Below are positions 1-11,988 of a stretch of 64,000 nucleotides of DNA, one piece after another. The notes under the pieces are model-generated. The model was given only the letters and a program-made list of their open reading frames with translations. It did no database searches and was not told the DNA's origin. The stretch comes from Squalus acanthias (Eukaryota), in the NCBI GenBank assembly GCA_030390025.1, contig CM059438.1:60824001-60888000 (forward strand), written 5' to 3'. The translations under genes and the position numbers were made by a program. Within the stretch, counting starts at the first letter, position 1. Each line of letters starts with the position of its first letter.

Positions 1-1527
1 TCGGGTAAGGAGATCTTCGAAGTGCTCCTTCCAGCGGGCACTGACTGCCTCTGTCCTTGATGAGTACCTCTCCATTCTTGGTCCGCAGTGAGGTAGGACC
101 TTGGGTGCTTGGGCCGTAGGTGGTGTTGACTGTGCTAAAGAATCCACGCACGTCGTGGTTGTCAGCTAGCGAATCCACGCACGTCGTGGTTGTCAGCTAG
201 CTGCTGGATCTCCTGCGCTTTCTCCACCCACCAGCTGTTCTTTAGGTCCTGAGTTTTTGGACCTCGGCCTTGAGGCGTCTGTGGAGCTGCTTTCTTGCTC
301 TCGAGTTCTGCTGTTTCCAGATCAGGAATGCCTTGTGCTTGTGGCTTATTAGCTCCTGGATCTCCTGGTCGTTCTCGTCGAACCAGTCTTGGTGTTTCCT
401 GGTCGAGTGACCGAGCGTCTCTTCACAGGTGCTGATTATGGAGGCCTTGAGTGCAGACCAGGCGCTGTGGACACTGTCTCTGAATCACTGGGAGTCATCA
501 GGTTGGTTGTGAGGCGCAGGCTGAATAGGGCTTTCTTAGCAGGGTCTTTGAGTGCTCCAGCGTTGATTTTCTTGCGGCATTGCTTCTGTTGCCGCCATTG
601 TTTTGGGGCTATGTTGATGGAGATGACCGAGCGGATTAGGCGGTGGTCTGTCCAGCAGTCGTCGGCTCCTGTCGTGGCGCGGGTGTTGCGGACGTCCTTG
701 CAGTCCCTCGCTCGGACGATGACGTAGTCCAGCAGATGCCAGTGCTTGGAACGAGGGTGTTGCCATGAAGCCTTGTACTTGTCTCTGATGGAACAAGGTG
801 TTGGTTATGACAAGGCCATATTCTAAGCATTTCGTCAGGAGGAAGGTACTGTTGGAGTTGGCTTTCCCTATCCCCTCTCTGCCGATCACACCTCCCCAGA
901 GCAGAGGTCTGTGTCCTTTCCAACTATGGCGTTGAATTCGCCAAGGTGGATCAGCTTGTTGCCTGTTGGGACTCGGGACAGGGATTGTTCGAGGTTGGAG
1001 TAGAATTCCCCTCTGGTCTCGTCTGTGGCTTCCAGTGTTGGGCGTACGCACTGATGACTGTAGTGCATTGGTTCCGGGCTAGGGTGAGCCCTAGAGTCAT
1101 GAGGCGTTCGTTTATTCCACAAGGGGAGTCTCAGACGTTCAACTAGCTCATTTTTTCTGGCGAAGCCTACCCCATGGAGGTGGCGTTCTTCAAGTTTGCC
1201 TTTCCAGAAGAAGGTGTAACCACCGCCTTGCTCCTTGAGCTGGCCTTCCCCTGCCCGCCGGGTCTCGCTTAGGGCGGCGATGTCTATGTCGAAACGTCTG
1301 AGCTCCCGGGCAACGATAGCAGTACGGCGTTGTTGGGGTTGTCCATGAGGGTCCTGATGTTCCAGATCCCGAACTTCATTTTAAAGGGTGGAAGATGCCT
1401 GTGCGTGAATTCTTTTAACGTGGGATGGCCGTTGCACACCAGCTACCACACGGGCTTGACCGAGCAAGGTCTTGGTCCAATGGCAAGGGGATCCAAGACA
1501 ATTTGAGACCAGGCTCTGCTACATCGG
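1..1527 (-). mobile_element. RTE-clade LINE, 5' part (5'UTR and APE endonuclease), frameshifted, running off the window start
   Basis: Minus-strand ATG at 1379 gives MKFGIWNIRTLMD, then RRTAIVARELRRFDIDIAALSETRRAGEGQLKEQGGGYTFFWKG and a GEFNA motif, typical of RTE endonucleases. A 31-bp tandem duplication sits at 140-201. Confidence 0.85.
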
Positions 1528-1777
1528 CCTAGCACACACTGTACGCTGGTGATGGAGGCAGTGGATGTTTAAGCTGGTGGATGGGGTGCCGATCAAGCAG
1601 ACTGCTTTGTTCTGGATGGTTTTGAGCTTCTTGTGTTGTTGGAGCTGCACTCATCCAGGCGAGTGTCGAGTATTCCATCACATTCCTGACTTGTCCCTTG
1701 TAGGTGGTGAAAAGTCTTTGGGGAGTTGGGAGGTGAGTCATTCACCACAGAATGCCCAGCCTCTGACCTGCTCTAGG
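1528..1777 (-). mobile_element. L2/CR1-group LINE ORF2 fragment (same family as 34497-34903 and 61290-61457)
   Basis: YKGQVRNVMEYSTLAWMSAAPTT, a C-terminal RT-region motif. Confidence 0.7.
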
Positions 1778-3032
1778 TTGCTCGGATGTACGAGAAAATG
1801 CAGGCAAAGGGAATTGCCCTCTAGTTTATGTTCTTTTGTTTGCTGTATGAGTGGCTTCCACCCTGACAGCATAGGAACTTGAGATCCCAGAGTAAACCTG
1901 TGCTATGCCAGTCTCTGAACTGTCTTGGATCACTGGTGTGCTGTAACACCATTGAACGGCACTAATTGTTCACACCAGGGTAGGCTGTCTCCTAGGGAAA
2001 ATAACAAACCTCGTTCGGTCCGAGAACCATTTCGGTCAAAATAAATGGGATGTGTAGCAAACTGAAACTTAGAAAAATGAGTTTTGTGAGTCTGGAAGTT
2101 TATGAAATTCTGAATGCAGTTGTGGCTGTTTCCAATTACAAAAATATCTTGTAGCACTGGAGTGAATGAAAGCAGTTTAGTCATTCTCCTGAGCTTGGAG
2201 TGTCTGCCCTAATGTGGAACGTTCTCTAACTCCATTAGGAATTGTCCTATGCTTTCAATTAGTCCATGCACAGGCAGCCATGAGGGAGCCCTCGCTACTT
2301 GATTGAGCCTCTCGTCAGGCTCTTCCAGCTCTGGCTTGTTTGCTTCGCTCTGGCTGTTGCATTCTGCACGAACGTGTGATATTTGACTCGGGCTGATCTA
2401 TGGTTCTGCGCTGATGCTCCTTGTGATCGCCAGACCATGTCCGACATGCTGGGACACTGGGGCAGTGAGTATATGTGGAATGAAATCCAAGGGTCAGTAT
2501 CGGACAGGGATGGTATGTATTAACAATGTTCTCCGACAGCCCAGCTACAGTGAGTCCAGTAGTTGGAGCCCTCAATGGCCGAGATTAGCTTAACATAACA
2601 AACCGGCAATCAAACTTGGGACTTTCTCGTCTTCAGCATGGTATATTTACCTAATGAGCTGGTGGAGGTATTGGATTGTATTTCCCTCCCTTAAGTGTTG
2701 GGTCTTCTGCCTCCCCCTGAATTCTTGCTTGATCTCTTTCTCTCTACCCTAATTTCAGTTTTTCAGCCTGTCATTTCTGACGGTGAGGTAACTAACCGAG
2801 TGTTGTGTTAAAGGGACTTCCACTCCTGTAATAGTCCCCATTGAAATTTGGCTTTCCTTCCCAAACGTTAAACATCTCGGATGCACTTGTCCCTGATGAA
2901 TCACGTGGGGTTGGAAGATCCGTGCAAACAGTTTGGGACGTGATTGCTTGCCAGTTAAGAGTTTTCCCATCTGTTGTGCTCTGTCTCTGGATGTACGCTC
3001 TGTACAGTGCTGCACAGAGTGGTCCATCTACC

Positions 3033-3723
3033 GGGCCAGAAATTCGGGTCAGAGGCTTCCTGCGGGTGCAAGCCCCCGACCTGCACTTACCTAGCGCACC
3101 TGCCGTTGTGCTGTGGGCCCACGTGGGATTTGGGTCCTGGGCCTCCTCCAGCTGCCGGTGTGCAGTGCTCGCGGATCCCAGCGGCGCAGTTAGTTCGAAG
3201 CATCCCCTGGGATCACGTGGGCCATGGAGAGCCAATCGTAGCAGGGAATCTCCAATAGAGATCGGCCCCAAAACCTAACTAAAACTTCAAATAAACTTTT
3301 GAAAAAAATCACATTTATAAAATAACTATTTTAAACAATTTAAATGTTTGAAAAAATGTATTAGTTTTTAATGGGGCTAAAAATAAACTTACCTTTTAAA
3401 GTATTTAAAAATAATAAACCTGTGGAAAAAATGTTTTAATTTTACTTAATTCACCACTTACCTTGTTAAAAGCAGGCCTTGCGCCTGCTTTTCCCCCACA
3501 CAGCTGCTCGGGACTTACCCGCACGGAGAAACCGCCTTTTTTTTTTACAGGAGTTCCAGGCGTACGCGCTGCCTCTCCGGCGCACGCGTTTGACCTGTGA
3601 ACCCCTTCCTTCAAGGGAACGGAAGTTCCGGTTTCCCGCGCATGCGCGAAACCGGCACTTTCGTTAGGCCTACGGGTGAGTACACAGCGCGTACTCACCC
3701 GTGGAGACCCGAATTTCTGGCCC
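3033..3723. mobile_element. Non-autonomous DNA transposon (MITE, PIF/Harbinger-like ends), copy A
   Basis: Perfect 18-bp TIR GGGCCAGAAATTCGGGTC...GACCCGAATTTCTGGCCC; AT-rich core; homologous to 46639-47387. Confidence 0.8.
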
Positions 3724-4345
3724 ATAGTAAACTGGATAAATTGAGGGAGAAGGCAATAGACAGATACAGGTGGCAGGGTGGGAAGCAGTCATTTATAGAG
3801 TGGGAGGAGGCTCGTATGGAATATAAATACACCATTTAGACAATTTGGGCCAAATGGCCTGTTTCTGTGCTGTAAATGCTATGTAATTTGCCACACATGA
3901 ACTTGCATTGGGATTGGTTGCTTGTATTGCGTGTGGGTATGTGGTACATGATCAGAATTTTTTCTCCGTGTTTTTTTTCTGTTTCACAAGCCTTCTCCCT
4001 ATATACAGACTGCAGTTCCTCATTAATCCAGTGTTATTGTGGGGGAGAAATATTGGACTGATCATAAAGCTTTCAAAATGGAGAGGTTTATTACTTGGAG
4101 ATGCAGATAAACCGCTACTTTTTTCACATGTATAACACTTGAGTGGTGTATACTGGGCATTCTGCTTTGCCCCGGTTGCCTAGCAGTGTTGTTTCCCAGA
4201 AATATTAATCTCCTATTTTGAATTTCATATTTTAGTTTTCCAGATTTATGTTTCAAGAAATGTATTATGCTTCTCACGAGGTCACAAGACATGTTGCAAA
4301 ATAATCAGCTGGGGCTTGCATGCAGACTTTACTCTCTTTTGGCTA

Positions 4346-4646
4346 AGACGTTAAACGAGGCCCCGTCTGCTCTCTCAGGTGGACATAAAAGATCCTATGG
4401 CACTATTTTGAAGAAGAGATGGGGAGTTAGCCCCGGTGTCCTGGCCAATATTTATCCCTCAATCAACATAACAAAAACAGATTCTCTGGGCATTATCACA
4501 TTGCTGTTTGTGGAAGCTTGCTGTGCGCAACTTGGCTGCTGCGATTCCCACATTACAACAGTGACTCCATTTCAAAAATACTTCATTGGTTGTAAAGCGC
4601 TTTGAGACGTCCAGTGGTCATGAAAGCCGCTATATAAATGCAAGTC
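4346..4646 (+). mobile_element. Deu-domain SINE (SacSINE1-like), 5'-truncated
   Basis: CCCCGGTGTCCTGGCCAATATTTATCCC core and GCTATATAAATGCAAGT tail, repeated several times in the window. Confidence 0.75.
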
Positions 4647-4730
4647 TTTTCTTTCTCTCTTTTTACATGCTGCTCAAAGTTGTGGCTTCTTCCTGGGTGA
4701 TTTGCTAACTTTTGCCCTTTTTCTCTGCAG

Positions 4731-4840
4731 GGCCAAACTTGCCTCTCTCTTTGGCATGGATCAGGCTGCCACAAGTCAGGGGAACGAGTCCTTCCAGTAC
4801 ACTGCCCCCAAGCAGCCGAAGAAAGGGACACCACCTCCGG
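4731..4840 (+). CDS. FKBP15: FKBP15 coding exon (AKLASLFGMDQAATSQGNESFQYTAPKQPKKGTPPP)
   Basis: Pyrimidine tract, tgcag| acceptor and |gtaaga donor; matches the FKBP15 N-terminus. Confidence 0.95.
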
Positions 4841-5883
4841 GTAAGAATTTGGGAACTCATGTTATGTTATTCTGGGGGATGGAATAGTGCCTGTCCCCAC
4901 CACCCCCGGTAACAACTTCCCCATTCCATTTTATATGGCAAGGTTATTCAAAGGATCATAGGAGGCCATTCAGCCTGTCGTGCCTGTGCCGGCTCTTTGA
5001 AAGAGCTATCCAATTAGTCTCACTCCCCTGTTCGTTATCCAGAGCCCTGTAATTTTTTTCCTTTTCAAGTATATATTCAATTTTGAAAATTATTATGGAA
5101 TCTGCTTCCGCCCCCCCCCCTCCCTTTTTCAGGCAGCGCATTCCAGATCATAACTTGCTGCATAAAAACATTTCTCCTCCTCTGGTTCTTTTGCCAATTA
5201 TCTTAGATCTGTCTGCACTGGTTGCACAAGCTTTTTGTTTTCAAAGGCTGCCTAGGTGTATACGACGAAGCCTTGGGTGCTTCATATAAAGTGTAAATCA
5301 ATGTTCACATTTGTTTACACATATCTGATGTTGATGATACCACCAGCAAATCTTGTTCTGCTTTAAGATTTATCCACCAATGAGGTCATGGCACTGAGAA
5401 CAGCCCTTTCCAAAATCCAGGCCCAAAAACAGGACAAACCAGCCATGAATAACAAATACAAGTACAAATCGAACTTAATTCCTTTGGCTTCTTGGTCCAG
5501 ATAACTGGGGCTCCAGGCTGCAGTTCAGACACATGTGCTATGCAGTAACCTTTACCCTTTAGCAAGCATGTTGCCTTTCAGACCCTATATGTAGACCTCT
5601 AGGTAATAGGGAGGGAGCTTGATGGGTTGTAGTCAATGTAGACGCATCATTCTGCTGTCATTTAGTGCCACAACTGAACATTCGTTCCTCCCATGAATTG
5701 ACCTTTCTGAAGTTATGGAGGGTCGTAGGCTAGGTGAGACTAGGTTATGTAGTTGCATATTTAGACAGCAGGCAGAGCCTACTGATGATGGTAGTGCCCA
5801 CATTCACTGGAGATTTTCTTGACTGAGATGTAAAGTGTCAAAACTACTAACCCGCTGCTGAAGGAATGGAGAGATGCCGATCT

Positions 5884-6018
5884 CCATGTTCCTCCTAAGG
5901 TACGCGGCCACATGTCAATCGTGAGGTGCTGCTGCCACTGGAAGAGATACCATGCATGCGTGGCTGCGCAGCAAATTTAAAGGGACCGCACATGAAAAAA
6001 AATTAGAGGGGAACTTTG
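5884..6018. mobile_element. hAT-type MITE
   Basis: TIR CCATGTTCCTCCTAA...TTAGAGGGGAACTTTG; 8-bp TSD GCCGATCT/ACCGATCT. Confidence 0.75.
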
Positions 6019-6619
6019 ACCGATCTTGTACGTACCAAAAAGGACAGGGAAAAGACCAGGTGATCATTGAAACAGCGTCCACACACTTTTCTCCCACCCT
6101 CCCTGCCTCTCCTGCAGTCATGCATTCTTGGACAGGCAAAATGCCTGAGGCCAATTTAGGGGCAAACTCTGGGAAATTGCTCTCCGCCCCCCTGTAGGCA
6201 GTCAAAAAGCTCCAGGAGCCCACAGTGACTGACTTGTTCCCCAATGACACACTTACCATCTATTTGCAGGCCACTCTCAGGATAGAGTTGCCAACTCTGC
6301 TTGGACATATTCCTGGAGTTTCTCACATGACTTCCCGCCTCCAAGCACCCCACTCCTGCCATTGGTCGCCTAACACGCCCAATGTCCTTTCCACGGCAAT
6401 TGGGACGTGAACAGACTCTTCATTACCTGATTGGATGATTCTTGACTGTCGGTCAAACTGCCTTTATTTTTTTGCACCTCCAATATTTTTCTAACTAATA
6501 AGCAAAAGTGTTCAATAAAATGAGGGGGAAAAAACCACATTTGTTTAACGCCCCCATGATTTTTCTCCTGGACTGCTCACCGCAGTGTTCTGGAGATTAA
6601 TCTTTAATCTTCAATTCCT

Positions 6620-6905
6620 GCCCGTCTGCCCCCTCAGCTGGACGTAAAAGGTCCCATGGCACTATTTCGAAGAAGAATAGGGGAGTTATCCCCGGTGTCC
6701 AGGCCAATATTTATCCCTCAATCAACATCACTAAAACTGATTATCTGGTCATTATCACATTGCTGTTTGTGGGAGCTTGCTGTGCACAAATTGGCTGCTG
6801 CGTTTCCCACATTACAACAGTGACTACAATCCAAAAGTACTTCATTGGCTGTAAAGCGCTTTGGGACAGCCGGTGATCATGAAATGCGCTATAGAAATGC
6901 AAGTC
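6620..6905 (+). mobile_element. Deu-domain SINE (SacSINE1-like), 5'-truncated
   Basis: Highly similar to 4346-4646 and 56905-57358. Confidence 0.75.
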
Positions 6906-7230
6906 TGTCTGTCTTTTTCACTCTTTCTTATCCGATTCCTCACAAACAAACCGCTTCTTTGGTGCTTTTATCGATGTTTACTCTGCTGGGGTTTCCATGC
7001 ACTGCACCACCATGCAACCCTCTTACAGTGCCATCCCGTCAGGCTGAGTTACTATGACTGCCTTGTGGATGATTTCTGTGTTTGCTGTTTTGGTGGAGAG
7101 GAGATCCTGCTGGGTTGCTCTTCCAGTTTATTTCCATACAAGAGCTGGTATAATGTTGCAGTGTCTGGGGTTGGATCACTAACCAGCAGACAGTGTTTGA
7201 TGACTGGCATTATAAATGCCAATCCAAGCT

Positions 7231-7233
<3 letters not shown>

Positions 7234-7291
<58 letters not shown>
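7234..7291. repeat. (CT)n microsatellite
   Basis: Directly visible. Confidence 0.98.
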
Positions 7292-7294
<3 letters not shown>

Positions 7295-7416
7295 CTGTGA
7301 CATTGGGTGCTGTAAGCGTTCACTGCAGGGTTGCAGTGCCAGTGACTCTTATGGCACTTTAAGTATGGAGAGCCTTGTTTAGTTTCAAACCATCATTCTC
7401 TCTTTCCCCTCTGCAG

Positions 7417-7495
7417 GAGCGGGTTCACAGAAGCCAGCAGTCGTTGCTGGTCCTCCGACAGTCCTGTTCGCGACTGGAGTGCATGCATATCAATA
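7417..7495 (+). CDS. FKBP15: FKBP15 coding exon (GAGSQKPAVVAGPPTVLFATGVHAYQY)
   Basis: ctgcag| and |gtaagt; resembles human PTILVATAVHAYRY; phases fit. Confidence 0.93.
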
Positions 7496-7954
7496 GTAAG
7501 TGCTGTTGTGGAGGGCAGGGCAACAGAGGCTGGGTAAGGGCCTTCTCTGCGAGGGAGTGGGACGAAGATTGGTTCAAGCTCACCTGTGGTGCTGGAAGCT
7601 AGTGTGTGGATTGGAACCACTTTCTATGTATAGTTGAGTGGCTCATCCTTGAGTAAAAGCTTTCTGCTTTTCTGAGTATAGGTGGGGTATGAATTTTTGA
7701 TGAAAAGGTGGCGGTTGTAAGGGCAGATAATCTAACCTAATCCAGATAACCTAATCTAACATTATAGGGCTTTTAAGAATGATTTAATAGGTGCTTAGTC
7801 CAGTTTGAGAGTTAGAACTATAATAGAATATTTCATTGTTCAGCAACCCTGAAATACTTAAATTTCTAGTCACTAGATTAGTTAACACAAGAATGTGGGT
7901 GCCCTGGTCAGAGTTCTGGATCTGTTGCTGATTGTGTTCTTTATTGTATTGCAG

Positions 7955-8024
7955 TCTGAATGGTCAGTATGTGAAGCAGGGGAAGCTCGGAGCGGCTATT
8001 CTTGGAAACCATTCTTCTGGAGAG
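7955..8024 (+). CDS. FKBP15: FKBP15 coding exon (LNGQYVKQGKLGAAILGNHSSGE), WH1/EVH1-like domain
   Basis: ttgcag| and |gtgggt; conserved NGQYVKQGK motif. Confidence 0.95.
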
Positions 8025-8158
8025 GTGGGTCCGACTGATCAGGGAAGCAGGGGTGCTGTGATGTGGTCATCCCTTCAGTCGGTACAATAAGATGATTCTA
8101 GTTCTGCGTATCTTTTGCATGTAAGCTGATTCTTCTTCTCTCTCTCCGACCCCTAAAG

Positions 8159-8233
8159 TACAAGATTCTCCTGTACGCCAGCCAACAGAAACGGGTTGCT
8201 GCTGCTCGCATCTATCAGACATTCACTTTTACC
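8159..8233 (+). CDS. FKBP15: FKBP15 coding exon (YKILLYASQQKRVAAARIYQTFTFT)
   Basis: AAG acceptor after a pyrimidine tract and |gtgagt donor; resembles human YRILLYISQQ. Confidence 0.93.
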
Positions 8234-9044
8234 GTGAGTAACTAACTATTTCTTTGAAGTATATGGGATTATTGAAATATGGATTGCATTTGCTAACGGG
8301 TGATTTGTTGGTTGGTCGAGGCTTAACCATTCACCACACACCCCTCGGCGCTCCATGCAGCGGCACCTCCTTTAAAATCGTGAATGAGGGAATGTTTTTG
8401 TTTTCTGTTAACATCATTGGATGCTGGTTGGAAGGAGTTCCTGAACTTGATAGTGTGAGGGAGTTGGACGAACCTCAGTCTTGGTAATCTCTGCGCATCT
8501 GCTTCAACTGTGTGCAAGTTAATGAAGGATCTTGGGCTTTCACATAGTCTTTGTTGATGTAAAGTGTTTAACCTGCAGTATTTATTTTTTTTAAAACTCC
8601 ACTTTGGACATTGATTCTTTTGACTAACCTTTCTCGTTTAAACATTGGGGAGATTCTGGTTATGTCCCTACATTTATTAATTGCAGCTCTAATGCGTTCA
8701 GTTTATTTTTCCTTTTTGTGTTGACCTTGGTACTGGGAGCTTGCTCTTCCTGGTGCAGGTGTTTGTTGCGCTCTCACCTTGTCTTGCTATTGGAGATGGC
8801 CCTGAGCTGCTGTTGGAGGCTGGACCTGGACTCATTGAGTTGCAAGGAAGTGGCATGCTCCCATCCAAGGTCTTGTCCTCTTGCCATTGTCCAACTTTAG
8901 ATCAGTGGGTTAGTGTTTGTAACTGCTGATCCTTTGTACTTTGTGAACAGAATAGTGGTTGTACTAACTAGATGATTTTGGACCACAGTTAATTTTAATT
9001 TTTTTTGTCACTATCTACTTCAATCCCCTACCCCATTCCTGTGT

Positions 9045-9385
9045 TTTTTCTTTTCTGAAGGTGTCAACACATTTTGGGTACAGTTCTGCAGGTGCTGATT
9101 ATCCAGTATCTTGCCCCAGTGACCATTCTTTATATGTGAGCCCAGAGAATGTTAGAAGGCTATTCAACTGTACCATGCATCATAACTTAGTTCCATCTTG
9201 TCCAAACTCCCACATTCAATAGTGGCAGCCACTAGATAGCAATCAGGAGATGGATCTTTGATTTTAACCACTCCTTCCCCCTTTCCTCCTCAACTCCAGG
9301 ATGTTGAAACCAATTCTAGCACCTTTATTGGTGCTCTGCTTGAAATTGGTTAACTCAGTACACATCAGGACGAACCTGTGAACTT
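9045..9385 (-). mobile_element. Old tRNA-headed SINE (unnamed family; decayed copies also near 16690-16965, 30035-30300, 53300-53530, 57430-57700 and 60215-60550)
   Basis: Recurrent motifs across copies, e.g. GCTAACTCAGCACAGACCAGGG..GAACCTGGGA (B-box reverse complement) and GAGGCCAATT. Confidence 0.55.
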
Positions 9386-9760
9386 CACATCCTTGTTTTC
9401 AAATCCCTCCATGGCCTCGCCCCTCCCTATCTCTAATCTCCTGTAGCCCATAAACCCTCCCGAGTTATCTGCGCTACTCCAATTCTGGCCTCTTGAGCGT
9501 CCCTGATTATAATCACTCCACCATCGGTGGCCATGCCTTCAGCTGCCTGGGCCCTAAGCTCTGGAATTCCCTCCCTAGACCTCTACACCTCTCTCCCCCT
9601 TAAGAGGCTCCTTTAAAAACTACCTCTTTGACCAAGCTTTTGGTCATCTGTCCTACTGTCTCCTTATGCGGCTCAGTGTCAAATTTTGTTAACGCTCCTG
9701 TGAAGCACCCTGGGATGTTTTACTACGTTAAAGGCACTATATAAATGCAAGTTGTTGTTT
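9386..9760 (+). mobile_element. L2-clade LINE 3' end
   Basis: LVFKSLHGLAPPYL motif and tail ACGTTAAAGGCACTATATAAATGCAAGTTGTTG. Confidence 0.8.
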
Positions 9761-9854
9761 GTGTGGCTCAGTTCCACACTAAAGTGCATCATCAAATGAT
9801 CCATTGGAAGTCACTCTGCTTAACTTAACCCATCTTAATGTACTTTCTCGCCAG

Positions 9855-9953
9855 GTTCAAGCCAATAATTACTGTGTGTTTTATGATGACCAGCGGCAGA
9901 ATTGGTCAATCATGCTTGATTCTGAGAAGGCTGCAGTGGAATTCAGCAAACAG
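9855..9953 (+). CDS. FKBP15: FKBP15 coding exon (VQANNYCVFYDDQRQNWSIMLDSEKAAVEFSKQ)
   Basis: ccag| and |gtaaaa; highly conserved motif. Confidence 0.96.
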
Positions 9954-10164
9954 GTAAAATCCGATTGCTCATTGAGGGTCTGTGTCTATTCCAGGCTGTA
10001 ATTTTTTTTTAAATTCTCAATGTGTGGGTAAATGGAAATTTACAAGATTGAGTTTGCTAATTTTTTGTTAAAGATATGGAGCAAAAGAAAATGGAGTTGG
10101 ATGATCGAAGTGAATGACCTGGGGGGGGGGGGGGGGGGGTGGTGTGTGTGTCAAGGCCTGAGAG

Positions 10165-10289
10165 GTGGCGGCCGCACAGCGGTTTGGATGTCCCGCACAG
10201 GCCGTTCACCAGCTTTTACGTGGAAGAGACTGCGCATGCACGAAAATGTTAAAGGGACCGCGCACAAAAATAAATTTGAGTGAACATTG
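10165..10289. mobile_element. hAT-type MITE, partial
   Basis: Shares TTAAAGGGACCGC.CA..AAAA...GAACATTG end with 5884-6018; left end missing. Confidence 0.6.
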
Positions 10290-11215
10290 GTAGTGATGGG
10301 TCGCTTTCTTGAACCCCTGCAGACCATATGGGATTTGAACTCGTGCTCTCTGGATTGGTAGGTCCATGGTTAGTTTCTCGATTAAGAGACCTGTCACATA
10401 ACCACTACGCCGCCATAACCAGTATATGACACGTGTGTGGATGGTACCTTCTTTTACTGCCTTCAAACTTGTCTGCTGGATCCTCATTGATGCAGAGCCA
10501 GCCTAGCCCCTCTGCTTTTGTATGAAATCTTTACGTGGAGGCAGCCTAGAAGCAAACATTTTGTGTGGGATCATGGTTGAGGCATCCTAAATAGAGAGTA
10601 GGTCCACCAAGCTCATTTGTGATCTGTGTGATAATGAATATTGAGATGCTGCCACTGCCTATCTGCATCTCATCAAGCCATTCTGACACCAGAATACTGA
10701 TGTATGGCGATACTTCACTCCTGTACGCTTTTTAAACCAGCATTCACAGACAAGAAAAGACAATTGAAGGTGATTGCATCCACTCTCGCTGGAAGATTGT
10801 TCCAAATATTTCTCTCTTTGAATAAAGAAATTCTTATGTTTTTCAAGCTATTCATCACTAGTGTATTTTTGTGGCCTTCAGTCCTATTTTCTTGGATTGA
10901 TCAAGTAATCTGGGATTGCCCTATTTTGATCACATTGAAACCTGGTTTGTTTTATGCTTGAACTCTCCAGCGGTGTGTCTAGATCGCTGGTGATCTAAAA
11001 AGCAATTCAGTACAGATTAGTGATGCTGATGAACTTGTTCTTCGGTGATTTGTAAGTGTGCAGGGGGGCTGGTGTCATTATCCTTTACTCTGTATGTCAC
11101 CGTAGGCGTGATTGGATTTTTTGGCTTGGTAAATTCTAGTTCACAATGATGTGAACCAGTTTTAGCATGCATTTTCTGAGACCCTCTGTTTTAGTCTGTA
11201 TTTGCTCCCGTGCAG

Positions 11216-11365
11216 GTGTGTTTGGCAAAATGCAACAGCACCTCATCGTTGGAATCTGTGCTGATCCAGGATCTGATCCCAGGAGACGGACAGGCAGTCG
11301 AAACAGGTGACTCTCTGGAAGTGTCGTACACGGGTTGGCTTTACCAGAACCGCACATTTGGACAG
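11216..11365 (+). CDS. FKBP15: FKBP15 coding exon (VCLAKCNS...GDSLEVSYTGWLYQNRTFGQ), start of FKBP domain
   Basis: tgcag| and |gtaggg; contains the FKBP YTG motif. Confidence 0.96.
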
Positions 11366-11584
11366 GTAGGGGAAGTTTGAGGAGGTGGAACTGGGATCCT
11401 TCAGGCTCAGTGCCATGGGCTCAGTTCCTCAGTTTCTGGATGCTTAAGTTTGTTCTGTGGTCCCCTTGCATTGAGGATTGTACTTAAAAGCAGGTCTGTC
11501 TTAAAGTCCAATTAGCATCTCAACCAGGAACTTTGAACATGACGAGGTTTAAATATTAGATGGTGTTTGAACTCCAGATCCTTA

Positions 11585-11885
11585 GGGAGACTGGGTAGTA
11601 CAGTGGGTCAGACGCTGGCCTCTTGAATAAAGCCCAGACTGATGTGATGAAAGCCTCTGTATGCTGGCTGTAAGGGTCCCAGGTTTGGATCTTGATTCAC
11701 TTCCTAAACTTAAAAACTAATTTAGTGCTAATTGGCACTGAATTTGTAATCTCAAAGACCACATAATGGCTGGTGTAGGAAATAGAACAATGACATTGGT
11801 GTAGTAATGGATGCTCCTTTGAGGCTGAGGTATGTTGGGGAAGAGCAGATGCAGCTTTACTCTACATCCTGTGCATTTACAGATG
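11585..11885 (+). mobile_element. Ancient LF-SINE-like element (related copy at 29015-29345)
   Basis: tRNA-like head plus AATTGGCACT and GGCTGTA motifs shared with the 29 kb copy; LF-SINE similarity is from recollection. Confidence 0.45.
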
Positions 11886-11988
11886 CATTATGACATTGCA
11901 AAGCTTTTTTTATACTGCCTGGCTCTGATTACAGTTCTCCCACTCAGGAGAGGTCTGCATATGCAGGCACACTCAGTTAGAAAGAGAG

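Noticed and set aside
1..4730. FKBP15 first exon and promoter
   Set aside because: No MFG...DFLSP-like coding segment found; the CpG-rich patches are an RTE and a MITE. Exon 1 must be upstream of the window.
5780..5830. Box C/D snoRNA (TGATGA...CTGA)
   Set aside because: Too short, no clear terminal stem and no recognisable rRNA guide.
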